From positions 3,651-67,650 of the forward strand of contig MFKU01000005.1 of the NCBI GenBank assembly GCA_001781095.1: 64,000 nucleotides of DNA, given 5' to 3'. Shown piece by piece: positions 1-9,459 of the stretch (positions within the stretch are counted from its first letter, which is position 1; the number at the start of each line of letters is the position of its first letter). The translations under genes and the position numbers were made by a program. A model generated the notes under the pieces. It did no database searches, was not told the DNA's origin, and saw nothing but the letters and a program-made list of their open reading frames with translations. Source of the stretch: Candidatus Kaiserbacteria bacterium RIFCSPHIGHO2_01_FULL_53_31. Its GTDB lineage: Bacteria > Patescibacteriota > Minisyncoccia > Phycocordibacterales > Phycocordibacteraceae.

Positions 1-3
1 TTC

Positions 4-432
4 ATGGTCGCGTACGTTGTCGGCAAGTATGAGCTAGATCCACTTTCAGCACGCGGTTTCTGTTCGCTTGCGGGCATCATCGTCTTTGTCCGGGTGGCGT
101 TGGAGCTCTACCGGCGCAAGGGAATAACATTCGAGGACTGGGGCGACCACTGTATCCACGACAAGAAGATTTTTCCAGCGGGCTGGCTTCACGGCCTGTT
201 CGCGGTTATGGCAATCTGGGTCATGCTGCAAGTCTATCTTGGCTGGACAACGCCGCCCGTGTCCAAAACAGACCTGCTCATCTTTTCAGGTCTGTTGACA
301 CCGCTCTTTGTTCTCATGATCGTTAAGCTTAGTGACCGATGGGTATTCGATGTTTTCGCGAAGAAGCAGATCGCGATCTCGATCATCGGCCTGTGGATCA
401 TCACGGGCATCCGACTTGCACTCATGGGCTGA
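4..432 (+). CDS. hypothetical membrane protein (start may lie before the window)
   Basis: 142-aa ORF with about 4 hydrophobic segments; no recognisable motif. Confidence 0.55.
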   Translation: MVAYVVGKYELDPLSARGFCSLAGIIVFVRVALELYRRKGITFEDWGDHCIHDKKIFPAGWLHGLFAVMAIWVMLQVYLGWTTPPVSKTDLLIFSGLLTPLFVLMIVKLSDRWVFDVFAKKQIAISIIGLWIITGIRLALMG

Positions 433-508
433 GTCGATCTTTCTGTGGGCGGTCTTGCGAAAGCGAGACCGCCCCGTGTCATTTTGTAGTATCATTTATT
501 CTATACCT

Positions 509-1252
509 ATGCGAATCAGTTTCGTCATACCGGCATATAACGAGGAGAAACATCTACCCCAATGTCTCGCTTCGGTTGAACGCGAGCTTGCGCGTGTGCC
601 GTGCGACGCTGAAGTTATCGTCGTGAATAATGCGAGCACTGATCATACGGGCGAAATCGCGCGCGCACATGTCTGGGTGCGCGTCGTCGACGAGCCACGA
701 AAGGGTCTCGTACGCGCGCGCCATGCTGGATTCACAAACGCCACTGGAGAACTCATTGCGAATATCGATTCAGATACTATGTTGCCGGAAGGGTGGCTTG
801 AGACGGTGCTTGCAGAATTTGGGCGCGACGACGAGCTTGCCGCACTCTCTGGCCCGCACGTGTACTATGACCTGCCAGCATTCCAGCAGATGCTCGTGCG
901 CCTTTTTTATACACTCGGGTATCTCTCACATCTCATAAGTCATCACGTGTTCCGCACGGGTGCGATGCTCCAGGGAGGCAATTTCATCGTTCGTCGGAAG
1001 CATCTCGAACAGGCAGGCGGCTTCGACACCTCGATCGAGTTCTATGGCGAGGACACTGATATTGCTCGGCGCATCAGCAAGGTAGGGAAGGTGCGGTGGA
1101 CATTTCGTCTGCCGATCTACGCATCGGGTCGGCGGCTTGCGTATGAGGGCATTGTGACAACGGGCCTGCGCTACGCGATGCATTACGTCTACACGCTCGT
1201 CCGCGGCAAGCCGCTCGCGGTCGCATACACCGACATTCGAGATGTTAGCTAG
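509..1252 (+). CDS. glycosyltransferase family 2
   Basis: ISFVIPAYNEE, NNASTD, DSD (DxD) and YGEDTD motifs; start moved to the ATG at 509. Confidence 0.92.
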   Translation: MRISFVIPAYNEEKHLPQCLASVERELARVPCDAEVIVVNNASTDHTGEIARAHVWVRVVDEPRKGLVRARHAGFTNATGELIANIDSDTMLPEGWLETVLAEFGRDDELAALSGPHVYYDLPAFQQMLVRLFYTLGYLSHLISHHVFRTGAMLQGGNFIVRRKHLEQAGGFDTSIEFYGEDTDIARRISKVGKVRWTFRLPIYASGRRLAYEGIVTTGLRYAMHYVYTLVRGKPLAVAYTDIRDVS

Positions 1253-1258
1253 TAAAGC

Positions 1259-2332
1259 CTATCTTCCCCGCCCGTAAAATTTCTTGAGAAGCGCAACGTG
1301 CTCAGCATAGGAGTCAGAGCAGTGAAAATAGCCGGAGTCGTCGTGGAAATAATACATGCATGAGGTGTTTTTCGGGTTGAGTGCAGCGACAACCGCAGCA
1401 ACGGACGGGCTTGCAATCGGCGTCGGCGGCAATCCCGAGTGCAGGTAGGTGTTATACGCTGACTTCCGGTATCGGTCATTCGGCACGACCTTCGGCCACC
1501 AGGTTCCTGCCGCGGGACTGCTTGCTTTTGCGTATTGAAGTGTCGCATCGATCTGCAAATTCATATTAAGAAAAAGTCGATTCCAGATAATGCCTGAGAT
1601 GATGCGCATGTCCTCTGACCCGCCGGCTTCGCGTTCGATGAGGGAGGCGACGGTTAACGCTTGTGCGAGCGGCACCACTTGCTCGGTCGATGTTCCGTAA
1701 TGCGAAAGAATGTTTTGATAAAAACGATCATTCACAAGCGATTGCGCTGCAGCAGGTGTTGTGCCGGTTGTCACAAAATAGACGCCAGCCGCAAATGACC
1801 CTTCTGAGAGTGGAAGTGTCGAGTCCTCTTTTGCAGTGAGGAATGTCTGTCGCTCTGTCTTATTCCAGCCCAGCTGTTTTCCGAATGCACTTGCGACTTG
1901 TTCTTTCCGCATGCCGGGCTCGATGGTGACAAATCTACCTGGTACTGTCGCGATACTCTGATACCACGGTGCTTCCGAAATCGATGTTGCTATCAAAGTG
2001 AGTACGCGTCCGAAGATGCTTCCGGTATTTCCGGCCGCTGCTTGCAGTGGGGAGTTTTCTCCATCAAGAAATAAATTCACCTCCTCGTCTTCGATGATCG
2101 TCTTGTTCTTCGGATTAACAGTGACAGGGAATGGCTGGGTCACAGCAGAAGCGCTCTGGTCCTGCGTGTGCTCGACGATACGGCCGAGAACGGTCGGCAG
2201 TGCAATCACGATGGTGAGAGACAGCATGCCATAAAGCATGGCTCCTCCAATAATTGCGACTACACGTCGTTCATCTCGTTTCCGGTCAGACGGATCGGGA
2301 TGACTAGCAGGCGAGCGCCTTAAGAAATTCAT
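1259..2332 (-). CDS. mltG: endolytic transglycosylase MltG (YceG family)
   Basis: N-terminal TM; ASLIEREA, LQIDAT, YNTY..GLPPTPI motifs. Confidence 0.9.
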   Translation of the reverse strand: MNFLRRSPASHPDPSDRKRDERRVVAIIGGAMLYGMLSLTIVIALPTVLGRIVEHTQDQSASAVTQPFPVTVNPKNKTIIEDEEVNLFLDGENSPLQAAAGNTGSIFGRVLTLIATSISEAPWYQSIATVPGRFVTIEPGMRKEQVASAFGKQLGWNKTERQTFLTAKEDSTLPLSEGSFAAGVYFVTTGTTPAAAQSLVNDRFYQNILSHYGTSTEQVVPLAQALTVASLIEREAGGSEDMRIISGIIWNRLFLNMNLQIDATLQYAKASSPAAGTWWPKVVPNDRYRKSAYNTYLHSGLPPTPIASPSVAAVVAALNPKNTSCMYYFHDDSGYFHCSDSYAEHVALLKKFYGRGR

Positions 2333-2403
2333 TATAGTTCATAATAGCTGAGTCAGAGCGGATCGGCAAAGCACGATATATTTACAGAGTTTAACGGCGT
2401 ACA

Positions 2404-5400
2404 TCAGTTCGGCCAACTCCCGTTGCAATCGCCGACCAGCGTGCTTGAGAAGTTTAGCGTCTGTGACGCCGAATCAAAAGTGAGAGAATCGGGCGACAAC
2501 GATGTCAGCCGCCATTTCGTGGTATCGGCGATTTCACCCATATTGCCGACCGTATATTTGAGCACGTGGATCGCGTCATTTATATCGACCGTGTCATCAT
2601 CACTCGTGTCACACGCATAGTTGATAAAGTCCTGGAATTGAGGCTGCGGCACCGTGGATACCTCTTTCCCTACCGCAAGAAACAGAACAGCTACCGCATC
2701 TAAAATATCAATTGAATCGGAAGCACCAGCATATGTTGCACTCGCGGCATACGTACCGGCAGGGATGTTCGTCATGGAGTAATAGCCAAGCACATCGGTA
2801 GTAGCTGAAGCGACAAGGGTGGAGTCCGACGGGTTAATGAGCCGAACCGTCGCTCCGGAGATCCCCTTGCTTGAGGGTCCAGAATACTTGATAGTGCCGG
2901 AGAGCGTTGCGAGTGTGCTATCAGGTCCCGCCACAAAAGGAGTCGATACACAAAGAGCGGGATCATTGGGTAGTATGTCGGCCCTCGCATCAGGACAGAA
3001 TACGAGTGTATGTGCGCCCGGAGAGACCGAGATGAACCGGTTAGAAGGAACGGTAATGGTTCGTGATTCTCCAGCGGTCATAGGATCTACGAGTGCGGTA
3101 TAGAATCCTGGAGGAAGTCCGCGATCGTCGCCGTAGATACAATAATCCGCTGTTTTGTCCATGCAGAAGCGAGCCGTGAAGCTCTTCGTAATTGCAGGCC
3201 CAAGATTCTCGATGACGCCTGAGTAACCTATTGGTTGGTGGTCGGAGTCATAGGTGACGACTGGCGCCTGCGCTCTGATACTTGTAGTCGAAATGATAAA
3301 TGAATTGTCATTAGATACTATTTCGTTACCCTTATAATCCGTTGACTGGGCACGATAATGGTAGGTTATGTTCGGTTTCAGGTTATTGATGGCTATGGAA
3401 TGGTTAAGGACTAATGTAGGGTTTGGCGTCATGAGAGCAGAACTTCCATATGTCGAATCTCTGCCGTACTCAACCTGAGTATTGGCAACCTGGTTCGTGT
3501 TCCAAGAGACGGTAACGCTTGATGGGCTTAGCACGGCATAAGAGACATTCGAAATACGGGGAATATCTAAGAATCTTACTACGTTAAAATGCGCGAGCCC
3601 TGGAGGGATAGGGAATCTAGCCACGTTTTTCTGCAGCGATCCATCATAGGCCAGAATGTTGTAAAAATGTGCACCTTCCGTCGGATAGACAATCGACGGA
3701 GAATTGCATGATTCAGTCTGCCGATAAGGCGGGTTAAAGACACAGTCGGTGTCAGTGCCGCTCACGGTGATTCTCATTTTGCTGATGCCGTTTGTATCGG
3801 TACTCGTTGCGGACACAAAAATCGGAACGCCGGTCACGTCCAGCCACTCGAGAGAGGGATTCACTCCTACGGCATTTATCGTCGGGGGTGCGCTATCTGA
3901 GTTCGCGGACCTTTCTGCAACAGAAGCCGTCGTTACCATGTTCGTCGAATCCCAGACGGTTAAGACGAGCGTAAATGTTCCCGGTCCCGGAACAGAAATA
4001 AAGGGCGGCGGAATCACGGCATACGAACCGCTCAACACCCCTGCTTCGTTCACGGTGATACTCGGGCATGTTGTGCTGCAATTTACAATGCCCCATCTGA
4101 AGCTGGCCAAATCGCCATTTACGTCTGATGCCGTCGCACCCTCGTGCATAAAGTAGCTGGTGTCTATCACATCGGGAGCTCCCGTAATTACATGCGGTGC
4201 AGTAGCGGCGGGCGGGGCTGAGTTTAAGGCGACCTGAAACGTGATTTTATCCGTTGCGACACTCGTAATGGGACCAACCGTGACTCTGTGTATCGGATCA
4301 TAAAACACACGTACACCGTCATGAGTTTGTGTGAGTGCAACCTGATCTCTGTCAACGCCGTCCCGAGAACTGCTCACGTCGTATCCGGGGCTCATATCCA
4401 ATTGCGGATACGCAATCGAGCCGTCAGGATTTGTATATTTCTGATAGATAAATATACCGTCAAGGTTTGCTCGCGGGTCGCGTATGTTCCCTCGCCAATC
4501 GGTCCACGGATACTCAGGGTACGATTCGCCCGGATACGCTAGTCTGGAATCTACCCCGATAGGTTGGCGATATTCAATATAATAGGTCGGTACTGACTGA
4601 CCGGGCAGAGTTATCTTTGCAGCGACCTTGCCCGTGGATGCTTGTGCGGGCATGATCTCAAGAGGACTTATTTGATAGGTACCCGACTGTGTGATATTGA
4701 GCAATGAATCTCGATCAAGCCAGCCGAACGTCTCCTTGAAGAATGCATTCGAATGCATTCCCCATAAGTATCCCGGCGAAGAAAGAAAATCGAAATTATT
4801 TGCATTTTCTCGAATTGAGCAGCCGGAGTTAGATGCAACGATACCTGGGGGACAGTCGAGTATGCTCGCATGTGCCGGATTGAGTGCGACTGTTGCAGTG
4901 CCGAACGTATGCCCGAGCTCGTGCTCGAGCGAGTAACCAAGCGACTGCGTAAATGCCGTCTGGATGGAATAGTTTTGTCCGCCAGAAGAGAGAGGAAGAG
5001 CGGATTCGTGGGGACTTGTACCTTGAACGCCGGATTGGTGATAAAAAAAACAATCATTCGTCTGGTCGGTAGTTCCTTGCTGCGCGATGATTATGACACG
5101 ATCATATTGAGCAATATCAATTTGCTTGGCGGTGATGGAGGATTGGATTTCAGCAGGTGAAGGGTATTCGCACACGCCGCTCACAACGGCGTTTCTGGGT
5201 AGCCGTTCCCAGGGATATACAAGGCCTGTTAGGGTTACTTTTCCATATGATATTTCTCGGTAAAAATTACTCACCTCGCCGCTGAATATCGCATTTGTGG
5301 CCTGCTCTACCGTGAATGTCCGCCGAGGATTCCCAGTCCCATCGACTGGAGAATCTGTGAAATCATAGAGAAGAACGGCGACTTTCGCCGTACCCACGGT

Positions 5401-5508
5401 CGTCGGGATAATACTAATGACAGGAGCAGAAGTAAGGGCAGAAGTGATAACAGGAGACAGTATTATCGCAGCACCCAGTATAATCACTAATTTCGTACCG
5501 TTACTCAT
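2404..5508 (-). CDS. secreted M6/M11-like zinc metalloprotease with Ig/FN3/CARDB-like domains and C-terminal dockerin-like module
   Basis: Signal peptide; FYREISYGK; HELGH zincin motif; YYIEYRQPIG; VSWNT..TQVEYG..LKPNITYHYR FN3; duplicated IDILDAVAVL / VDINDAIHVL dockerin-type repeats. Confidence 0.8.
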   Translation of the reverse strand: MSNGTKLVIILGAAIILSPVITSALTSAPVISIIPTTVGTAKVAVLLYDFTDSPVDGTGNPRRTFTVEQATNAIFSGEVSNFYREISYGKVTLTGLVYPWERLPRNAVVSGVCEYPSPAEIQSSITAKQIDIAQYDRVIIIAQQGTTDQTNDCFFYHQSGVQGTSPHESALPLSSGGQNYSIQTAFTQSLGYSLEHELGHTFGTATVALNPAHASILDCPPGIVASNSGCSIRENANNFDFLSSPGYLWGMHSNAFFKETFGWLDRDSLLNITQSGTYQISPLEIMPAQASTGKVAAKITLPGQSVPTYYIEYRQPIGVDSRLAYPGESYPEYPWTDWRGNIRDPRANLDGIFIYQKYTNPDGSIAYPQLDMSPGYDVSSSRDGVDRDQVALTQTHDGVRVFYDPIHRVTVGPITSVATDKITFQVALNSAPPAATAPHVITGAPDVIDTSYFMHEGATASDVNGDLASFRWGIVNCSTTCPSITVNEAGVLSGSYAVIPPPFISVPGPGTFTLVLTVWDSTNMVTTASVAERSANSDSAPPTINAVGVNPSLEWLDVTGVPIFVSATSTDTNGISKMRITVSGTDTDCVFNPPYRQTESCNSPSIVYPTEGAHFYNILAYDGSLQKNVARFPIPPGLAHFNVVRFLDIPRISNVSYAVLSPSSVTVSWNTNQVANTQVEYGRDSTYGSSALMTPNPTLVLNHSIAINNLKPNITYHYRAQSTDYKGNEIVSNDNSFIISTTSIRAQAPVVTYDSDHQPIGYSGVIENLGPAITKSFTARFCMDKTADYCIYGDDRGLPPGFYTALVDPMTAGESRTITVPSNRFISVSPGAHTLVFCPDARADILPNDPALCVSTPFVAGPDSTLATLSGTIKYSGPSSKGISGATVRLINPSDSTLVASATTDVLGYYSMTNIPAGTYAASATYAGASDSIDILDAVAVLFLAVGKEVSTVPQPQFQDFINYACDTSDDDTVDINDAIHVLKYTVGNMGEIADTTKWRLTSLSPDSLTFDSASQTLNFSSTLVGDCNGSWPN

Positions 5509-5629
5509 GACCTTATTTTAGATAATCATTTCGTTCATCTCAACTCTTACAATACAGGAAATAACGCACGGATATAGGAATATGCACAATTCTACTAGAC
5601 AGCGGAAATGTGTAGTATCATAGGTATAA

Positions 5630-6694
5630 ATGAGAAAGATCCTCACAGTAGGGACTATTTTTGTAAGTGGCATCGCAGTGGCAACCCTCCTCGCTGTAGT
5701 TTTCTTCAGTCTTTTCAGGCCAGTGAGTTATGCCCAAACCTCTCCGGATGTGAAAGATGACCAGAAAATGCTTGTTATTTTGGCAAATTTTAAGGATACA
5801 ACCGTACTCTCTCCAAATCCCGAACAGGTTCTAAAAACAATGGATCTCGTCAACCAGTTTTATCAAGAAAATTCCTACTATAATGCGGCTATTGACCGCG
5901 GCATCAAAGTAACCGGCGTGAAGAATCCCGACCGAGGGGCCGACGTTGTTGGCGTATACACACTCCCGATTTCCAACGACTGTTCGTTTAGCCCAGTAGC
6001 AGGTGCCGCCATAAGTGCCGCTAACAATGATGTTGATCTGACGCAATACACTGGTGTCGTGATTCTGGCGCCGTTCAATTGTCCGTGGTCAGGAACAGAT
6101 TTCCCCGTTACTCTGCAATTTGCTGCGAAAAATGGTCCGGTGAGTTTATTCGTCAATGAAGCGGGGCTCCCTTCACCGTATACGGACGCCCAGATCGAGC
6201 CCAGCGCACAAACAATTGCTCACGAAATCGGACACGCACTTGGACTTGGACATGCAGACATGCTCGATTGCGGCGATGTCGCTCTTGCCGGCACTTGTAC
6301 AGATGTACCCTATCTCGGATATTTCGGAATCATGGGTTATACCGTGACTGACATCGACGCTATCCAGAGAGAGGTGCTTGGTTGGTTGAGTTCCTCAAAC
6401 ATTCAGACGGTAACATCAAGCGGCCGGTACACAATCGAACCTCTTGAGACTGCGAGCAACGGAGTAAAAGTATTAAAAATCCCGCGTGTAACCTCAAAAA
6501 TAAAAACGCAGTATACAGTCGATGGAAGTACTGAGACTTGCGATTCTGCAGTCTCAACGGCTTGCAAATATCCCTATTTCTACATCGAATATCGACAACC
6601 GATCGGCTTTGACACGCGGTTACCGTCCAAAATCTTTACCGGTGCGCTTGTTCATATAGGTCCTGGGGGCCCTACGGCCCTGCCAAATCCTTAA
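5630..6694 (+). CDS. M6/M11-like zinc metalloprotease, N-terminal part of a probably frameshifted gene
   Basis: Signal/TM; FYQENSY; HEIGHALGLGH; YFYIEYRQPIG; paralogous to 2404..5508. Confidence 0.8.
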   Translation: MRKILTVGTIFVSGIAVATLLAVVFFSLFRPVSYAQTSPDVKDDQKMLVILANFKDTTVLSPNPEQVLKTMDLVNQFYQENSYYNAAIDRGIKVTGVKNPDRGADVVGVYTLPISNDCSFSPVAGAAISAANNDVDLTQYTGVVILAPFNCPWSGTDFPVTLQFAAKNGPVSLFVNEAGLPSPYTDAQIEPSAQTIAHEIGHALGLGHADMLDCGDVALAGTCTDVPYLGYFGIMGYTVTDIDAIQREVLGWLSSSNIQTVTSSGRYTIEPLETASNGVKVLKIPRVTSKIKTQYTVDGSTETCDSAVSTACKYPYFYIEYRQPIGFDTRLPSKIFTGALVHIGPGGPTALPNP

Positions 6695-8178
6695 TGCCTG
6701 AGTCTCTACTGGTCGTGACGAAACCGGCTCCCGGCAGTAGTAGAGACATTGTCGCGAAACCTAGTCTATATGCTACCCTTCAAGAAGGCCAAACGCTTTC
6801 CGATCCAGATACAGGGAATACCATATCAGTCGTTTCCGCTTCATTCAATACTCTCGTTGTCGATGTAAAAGTCGCGGGAAGATCTGCAGCAATTACTTCC
6901 CCTTATCATGGCGAGACGGTGTCAGGAACTTTTGCTCCCGTTGTTTCAATTGTCGACCCCGATCAGGAAGTCGATACAATAAACTACACAGTTACTAGTG
7001 GTACTCGTTCTATTACCGCTTCATCCTCTGTGTACCCATATTCAGCAACAATAAATACAATAGGATTCCCCGATGGGCCCGCGCGGTTGAGCGTAACCGC
7101 AACATATAAAACGCCAGATCTTTCCGGCAAGACAACAGCAAGTAGCTATATCCTTATCTCAGTTAAAAACGCCGCCACGTCTAGACTTACCCTGGGCTTC
7201 GGAGGTACTGGTAACGGATCTATATCGACTGGTCAAACGAGTTACAGCCAATATACCAATTTGAATTTCAGCACGGGTTCTCAGATAATAATCAAGGCAG
7301 TGCCTGCGTGGGGATCAACATTTATGGGCTGGGTGTCCCCGAGCTCTCCACAATGCGATCCTCATGATCAAACATGTTCACTCACCGTACGTGGTGACAC
7401 CTACGTCACCGCGTCTTTTGCGCTTAGTCCCACCCTCACGGTTACCCCTCCTACGGGTGGTTCGATATCTTCAAATGATGCGCGAATCTTTTGCGGCTCA
7501 CTCTGCAGCGCCAGTTATCCAAATGTAAACTTTTACTTCCCGCCAACTATAACTCTGACCGCCATTCCTGATGCAAACCACGATTTTGTCAAATGGAACG
7601 GTGATTGTGCCCTCATACAGTCGAATACGTGCACACTAAAGATGACAAGCAAACATAGCGTTTCTGCATCATTCGGACTGAGGACCGGTGCATCCTCTTT
7701 GAGCGGGACAATAACCTATGCGGGATTATCGCATGCCGCGATACCCAAAGCGACCGTTAACCTAGTCAGCAGTGCAAGCAGTCACGCTGTCCTTTCGGTT
7801 ACTGCAGATTCAACTGGCACCTATACGTTCAACAATGTACCCGCGGGAACCTATACAGTAGGTGTCTCGTCGCCCTCGCTCTCCACGGCCAATATGGTGG
7901 ACATGACTGATGCAGTCGCTGTCTTAAAAGACACGATCCGCGATACGCCCTTCTCCCTCATTCCAGAGGCATGCGATATAAACCAGGACGCCTTCACCGA
8001 TCTTAATGATGCCATTTCTATACTTCGCTACGCAATCGGTAACGTGAATCCAAACATAGGTGCATGGGTTTTTGTGCCGCAAGGAGCGAATCCGATTACG
8101 CTCGCTGCCGGGGGTTCCAAGACGCTTAACTTTATGGGCTACATTCGCGGTGATTGCAGCGGCGATTGGAGGCCCTAA
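6694..8178 (+). CDS. Ig-like / InlB-B-repeat-like / dockerin-like C-terminal part of the same protein
   Basis: No signal peptide; AITSP..GETVSG Ig start; A.P..GS.F.GW...C..C repeats; VDMTDAVAVL / TDLNDAISIL dockerin repeats; C-terminus GDCSGDWRP resembles GDCNGSWPN of the paralog. Confidence 0.75.
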   Translation: MPESLLVVTKPAPGSSRDIVAKPSLYATLQEGQTLSDPDTGNTISVVSASFNTLVVDVKVAGRSAAITSPYHGETVSGTFAPVVSIVDPDQEVDTINYTVTSGTRSITASSSVYPYSATINTIGFPDGPARLSVTATYKTPDLSGKTTASSYILISVKNAATSRLTLGFGGTGNGSISTGQTSYSQYTNLNFSTGSQIIIKAVPAWGSTFMGWVSPSSPQCDPHDQTCSLTVRGDTYVTASFALSPTLTVTPPTGGSISSNDARIFCGSLCSASYPNVNFYFPPTITLTAIPDANHDFVKWNGDCALIQSNTCTLKMTSKHSVSASFGLRTGASSLSGTITYAGLSHAAIPKATVNLVSSASSHAVLSVTADSTGTYTFNNVPAGTYTVGVSSPSLSTANMVDMTDAVAVLKDTIRDTPFSLIPEACDINQDAFTDLNDAISILRYAIGNVNPNIGAWVFVPQGANPITLAAGGSKTLNFMGYIRGDCSGDWRP

Positions 8179-8186
8179 AACAACAG

Positions 8187-8219
8187 GCCGCCCAAAGAGG
8201 AACGGCTCTGTTGGGCGGC
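8187..8219. terminator. hairpin, member of the GGCTCTGT(C/T)(A/G)GG family
   Basis: gccgcccaaagag...ctctgttgggcggc between convergent genes. Confidence 0.6.
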
Positions 8220-8241
8220 GGAATTCGAACCGGGCTGTAGC

Positions 8242-8373
8242 TTAGCTGTGATGGAAGAATACCAACCGCCACAGTCCAACTGCGCCGCAGACGATGACAA
8301 TCAGCGTTATTGCGGCAGGAACGTAGCGGCGCAGAGCGCTTTCTCGTTCACCGCAAAGGTACTTCATTTCCAT
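8242..8373 (-). CDS. 43-aa single-TM small protein (absent from the ORF track)
   Basis: MEMKYLCGERESALRRYVPAAITLIVIVCGAVGLWRLVFFHHS; AAGGAG SD; TTGACT-17-TAATTT promoter upstream. Confidence 0.55.
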   Translation of the reverse strand: MEMKYLCGERESALRRYVPAAITLIVIVCGAVGLWRLVFFHHS

Positions 8374-8456
8374 CCGCTGTCTCCTTCCGAGTGGGCATTC
8401 CTATTGAGAAATTAATACCAAGCGTGTTGAAAGTCAATCCCCTGTTACCTGTATGA

Positions 8457-9158
8457 TTATTCCCCAATCCGCCGATCGCGCTCTGAATACGTTTTCAAAA
8501 CGCCAAGAAATTCCTGTCGCGTAAATGCCGGCCAATACGTGTCAAGAAAGAAAAGTTCGCTATACACGCCCTGCCACGGCAGGAAATTGGAAAGACGCTT
8601 CTCGCCGCCCGTGCGAATGATGAGGTCTGGATCGGGAGTAGTGCCAGTCCAGAGATGTGTAGAGAATTCTTTTTCCGTGATTGGCACCTTCGTTCCCTCC
8701 GAAACTATGGTCTGTACTGCCCGCAGAATCTCTGACCGCCCACCATAAGAGAGGGCAATAATGACGGTCATTGTTGGTTCGGGCGGGTTGGTGGCCTCTA
8801 GATCACGAATCCCACAGACAATGTCTGCTCCAAATCGGTCAATATCGCCGGCAAATCGAATAGCCTCATTCTCATTTGCATTCCGCAGTTCGCGTGCCTC
8901 CGACAAGAGCAAGGTCTTGATAATCGTAGTGAGGTATGAGACTTCCTCGGCGGACCGCCTCCAATTCTCTGTTGAAAAGGCATACAAGATCACATACTTG
9001 ATACCTGCGTCTCGACACCAAGCGACGAGCTCTTTTGCTTTTTCGTACCCAAGCTGATGTCCTCGCGATGTCGATAGCCCGCGCTCACGAGCAAAACGGC
9101 GATTGCCGTCCATAATAATCCCGACGCACTCAGGAACGCGTGTTGGTGAGGCTTTCAT
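8457..9158 (-). CDS. uppS: undecaprenyl diphosphate synthase
   Basis: IMDGNRR, YAFSTENW, DLIIRTGGEKRLSNFL motifs. Confidence 0.96.
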   Translation of the reverse strand: MKASPTRVPECVGIIMDGNRRFARERGLSTSRGHQLGYEKAKELVAWCRDAGIKYVILYAFSTENWRRSAEEVSYLTTIIKTLLLSEARELRNANENEAIRFAGDIDRFGADIVCGIRDLEATNPPEPTMTVIIALSYGGRSEILRAVQTIVSEGTKVPITEKEFSTHLWTGTTPDPDLIIRTGGEKRLSNFLPWQGVYSELFFLDTYWPAFTRQEFLGVLKTYSERDRRIGE

Positions 9159-9259
9159 TTCTTAATATAACTACAAAAGTGCTCAAAGTGTAGCAGATAA
9201 AAAACGAACCTCGAGATACGTTTGCCGACACACAGTCCCTCCTCAAGGTAGTCTAAAAC

Positions 9260-9298
9260 GGCCGGGGAGGTGGCACGTTTCGTGCTGCCTCCCCGGCC
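9260..9298 (+). terminator. strong 18-bp hairpin in the uppS-response regulator intergenic region
   Basis: ggccggggaggtggcacg-ttt-cgtgctgcctccccggcc; the two non-Watson-Crick pairs are G.U only on the + strand. Confidence 0.55.
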
Positions 9299-9372
9299 AT
9301 TCACATATTAAGTTGTCGCATATGACGTGCGCGTTATAGTTAGTACTTGCCTCACCATCTAAGCAGACGTGG

Positions 9373-9414
9373 CATGAAATAAGCATGAATGAACGCGTTC
9401 ATGATATATTCATG
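9373..9414. promoter_or_regulatory. two oppositely oriented direct-repeat boxes with 11-bp period (putative OmpR-family sites)
   Basis: CATGAA-N5-CATGAA (9373-9389) and TTCATG-N5-TTCATG (9398-9414) upstream of the response regulator. Confidence 0.65.
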
Positions 9415-9459
9415 ATGCATATCCTATAAATTTAATGGTGCTCGTGCATACAAATAAAT

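Noticed and set aside
8213-8235. tRNA-like GGCGGAATTCGAACC
   Set aside because: No cloverleaf can be built; it belongs to the hairpin family reported above.
9391-9400. GAAC-GC-GTTC as a LexA box
   Set aside because: The spacer is 2 nt rather than 4; it is the centre of the response-regulator boxes.
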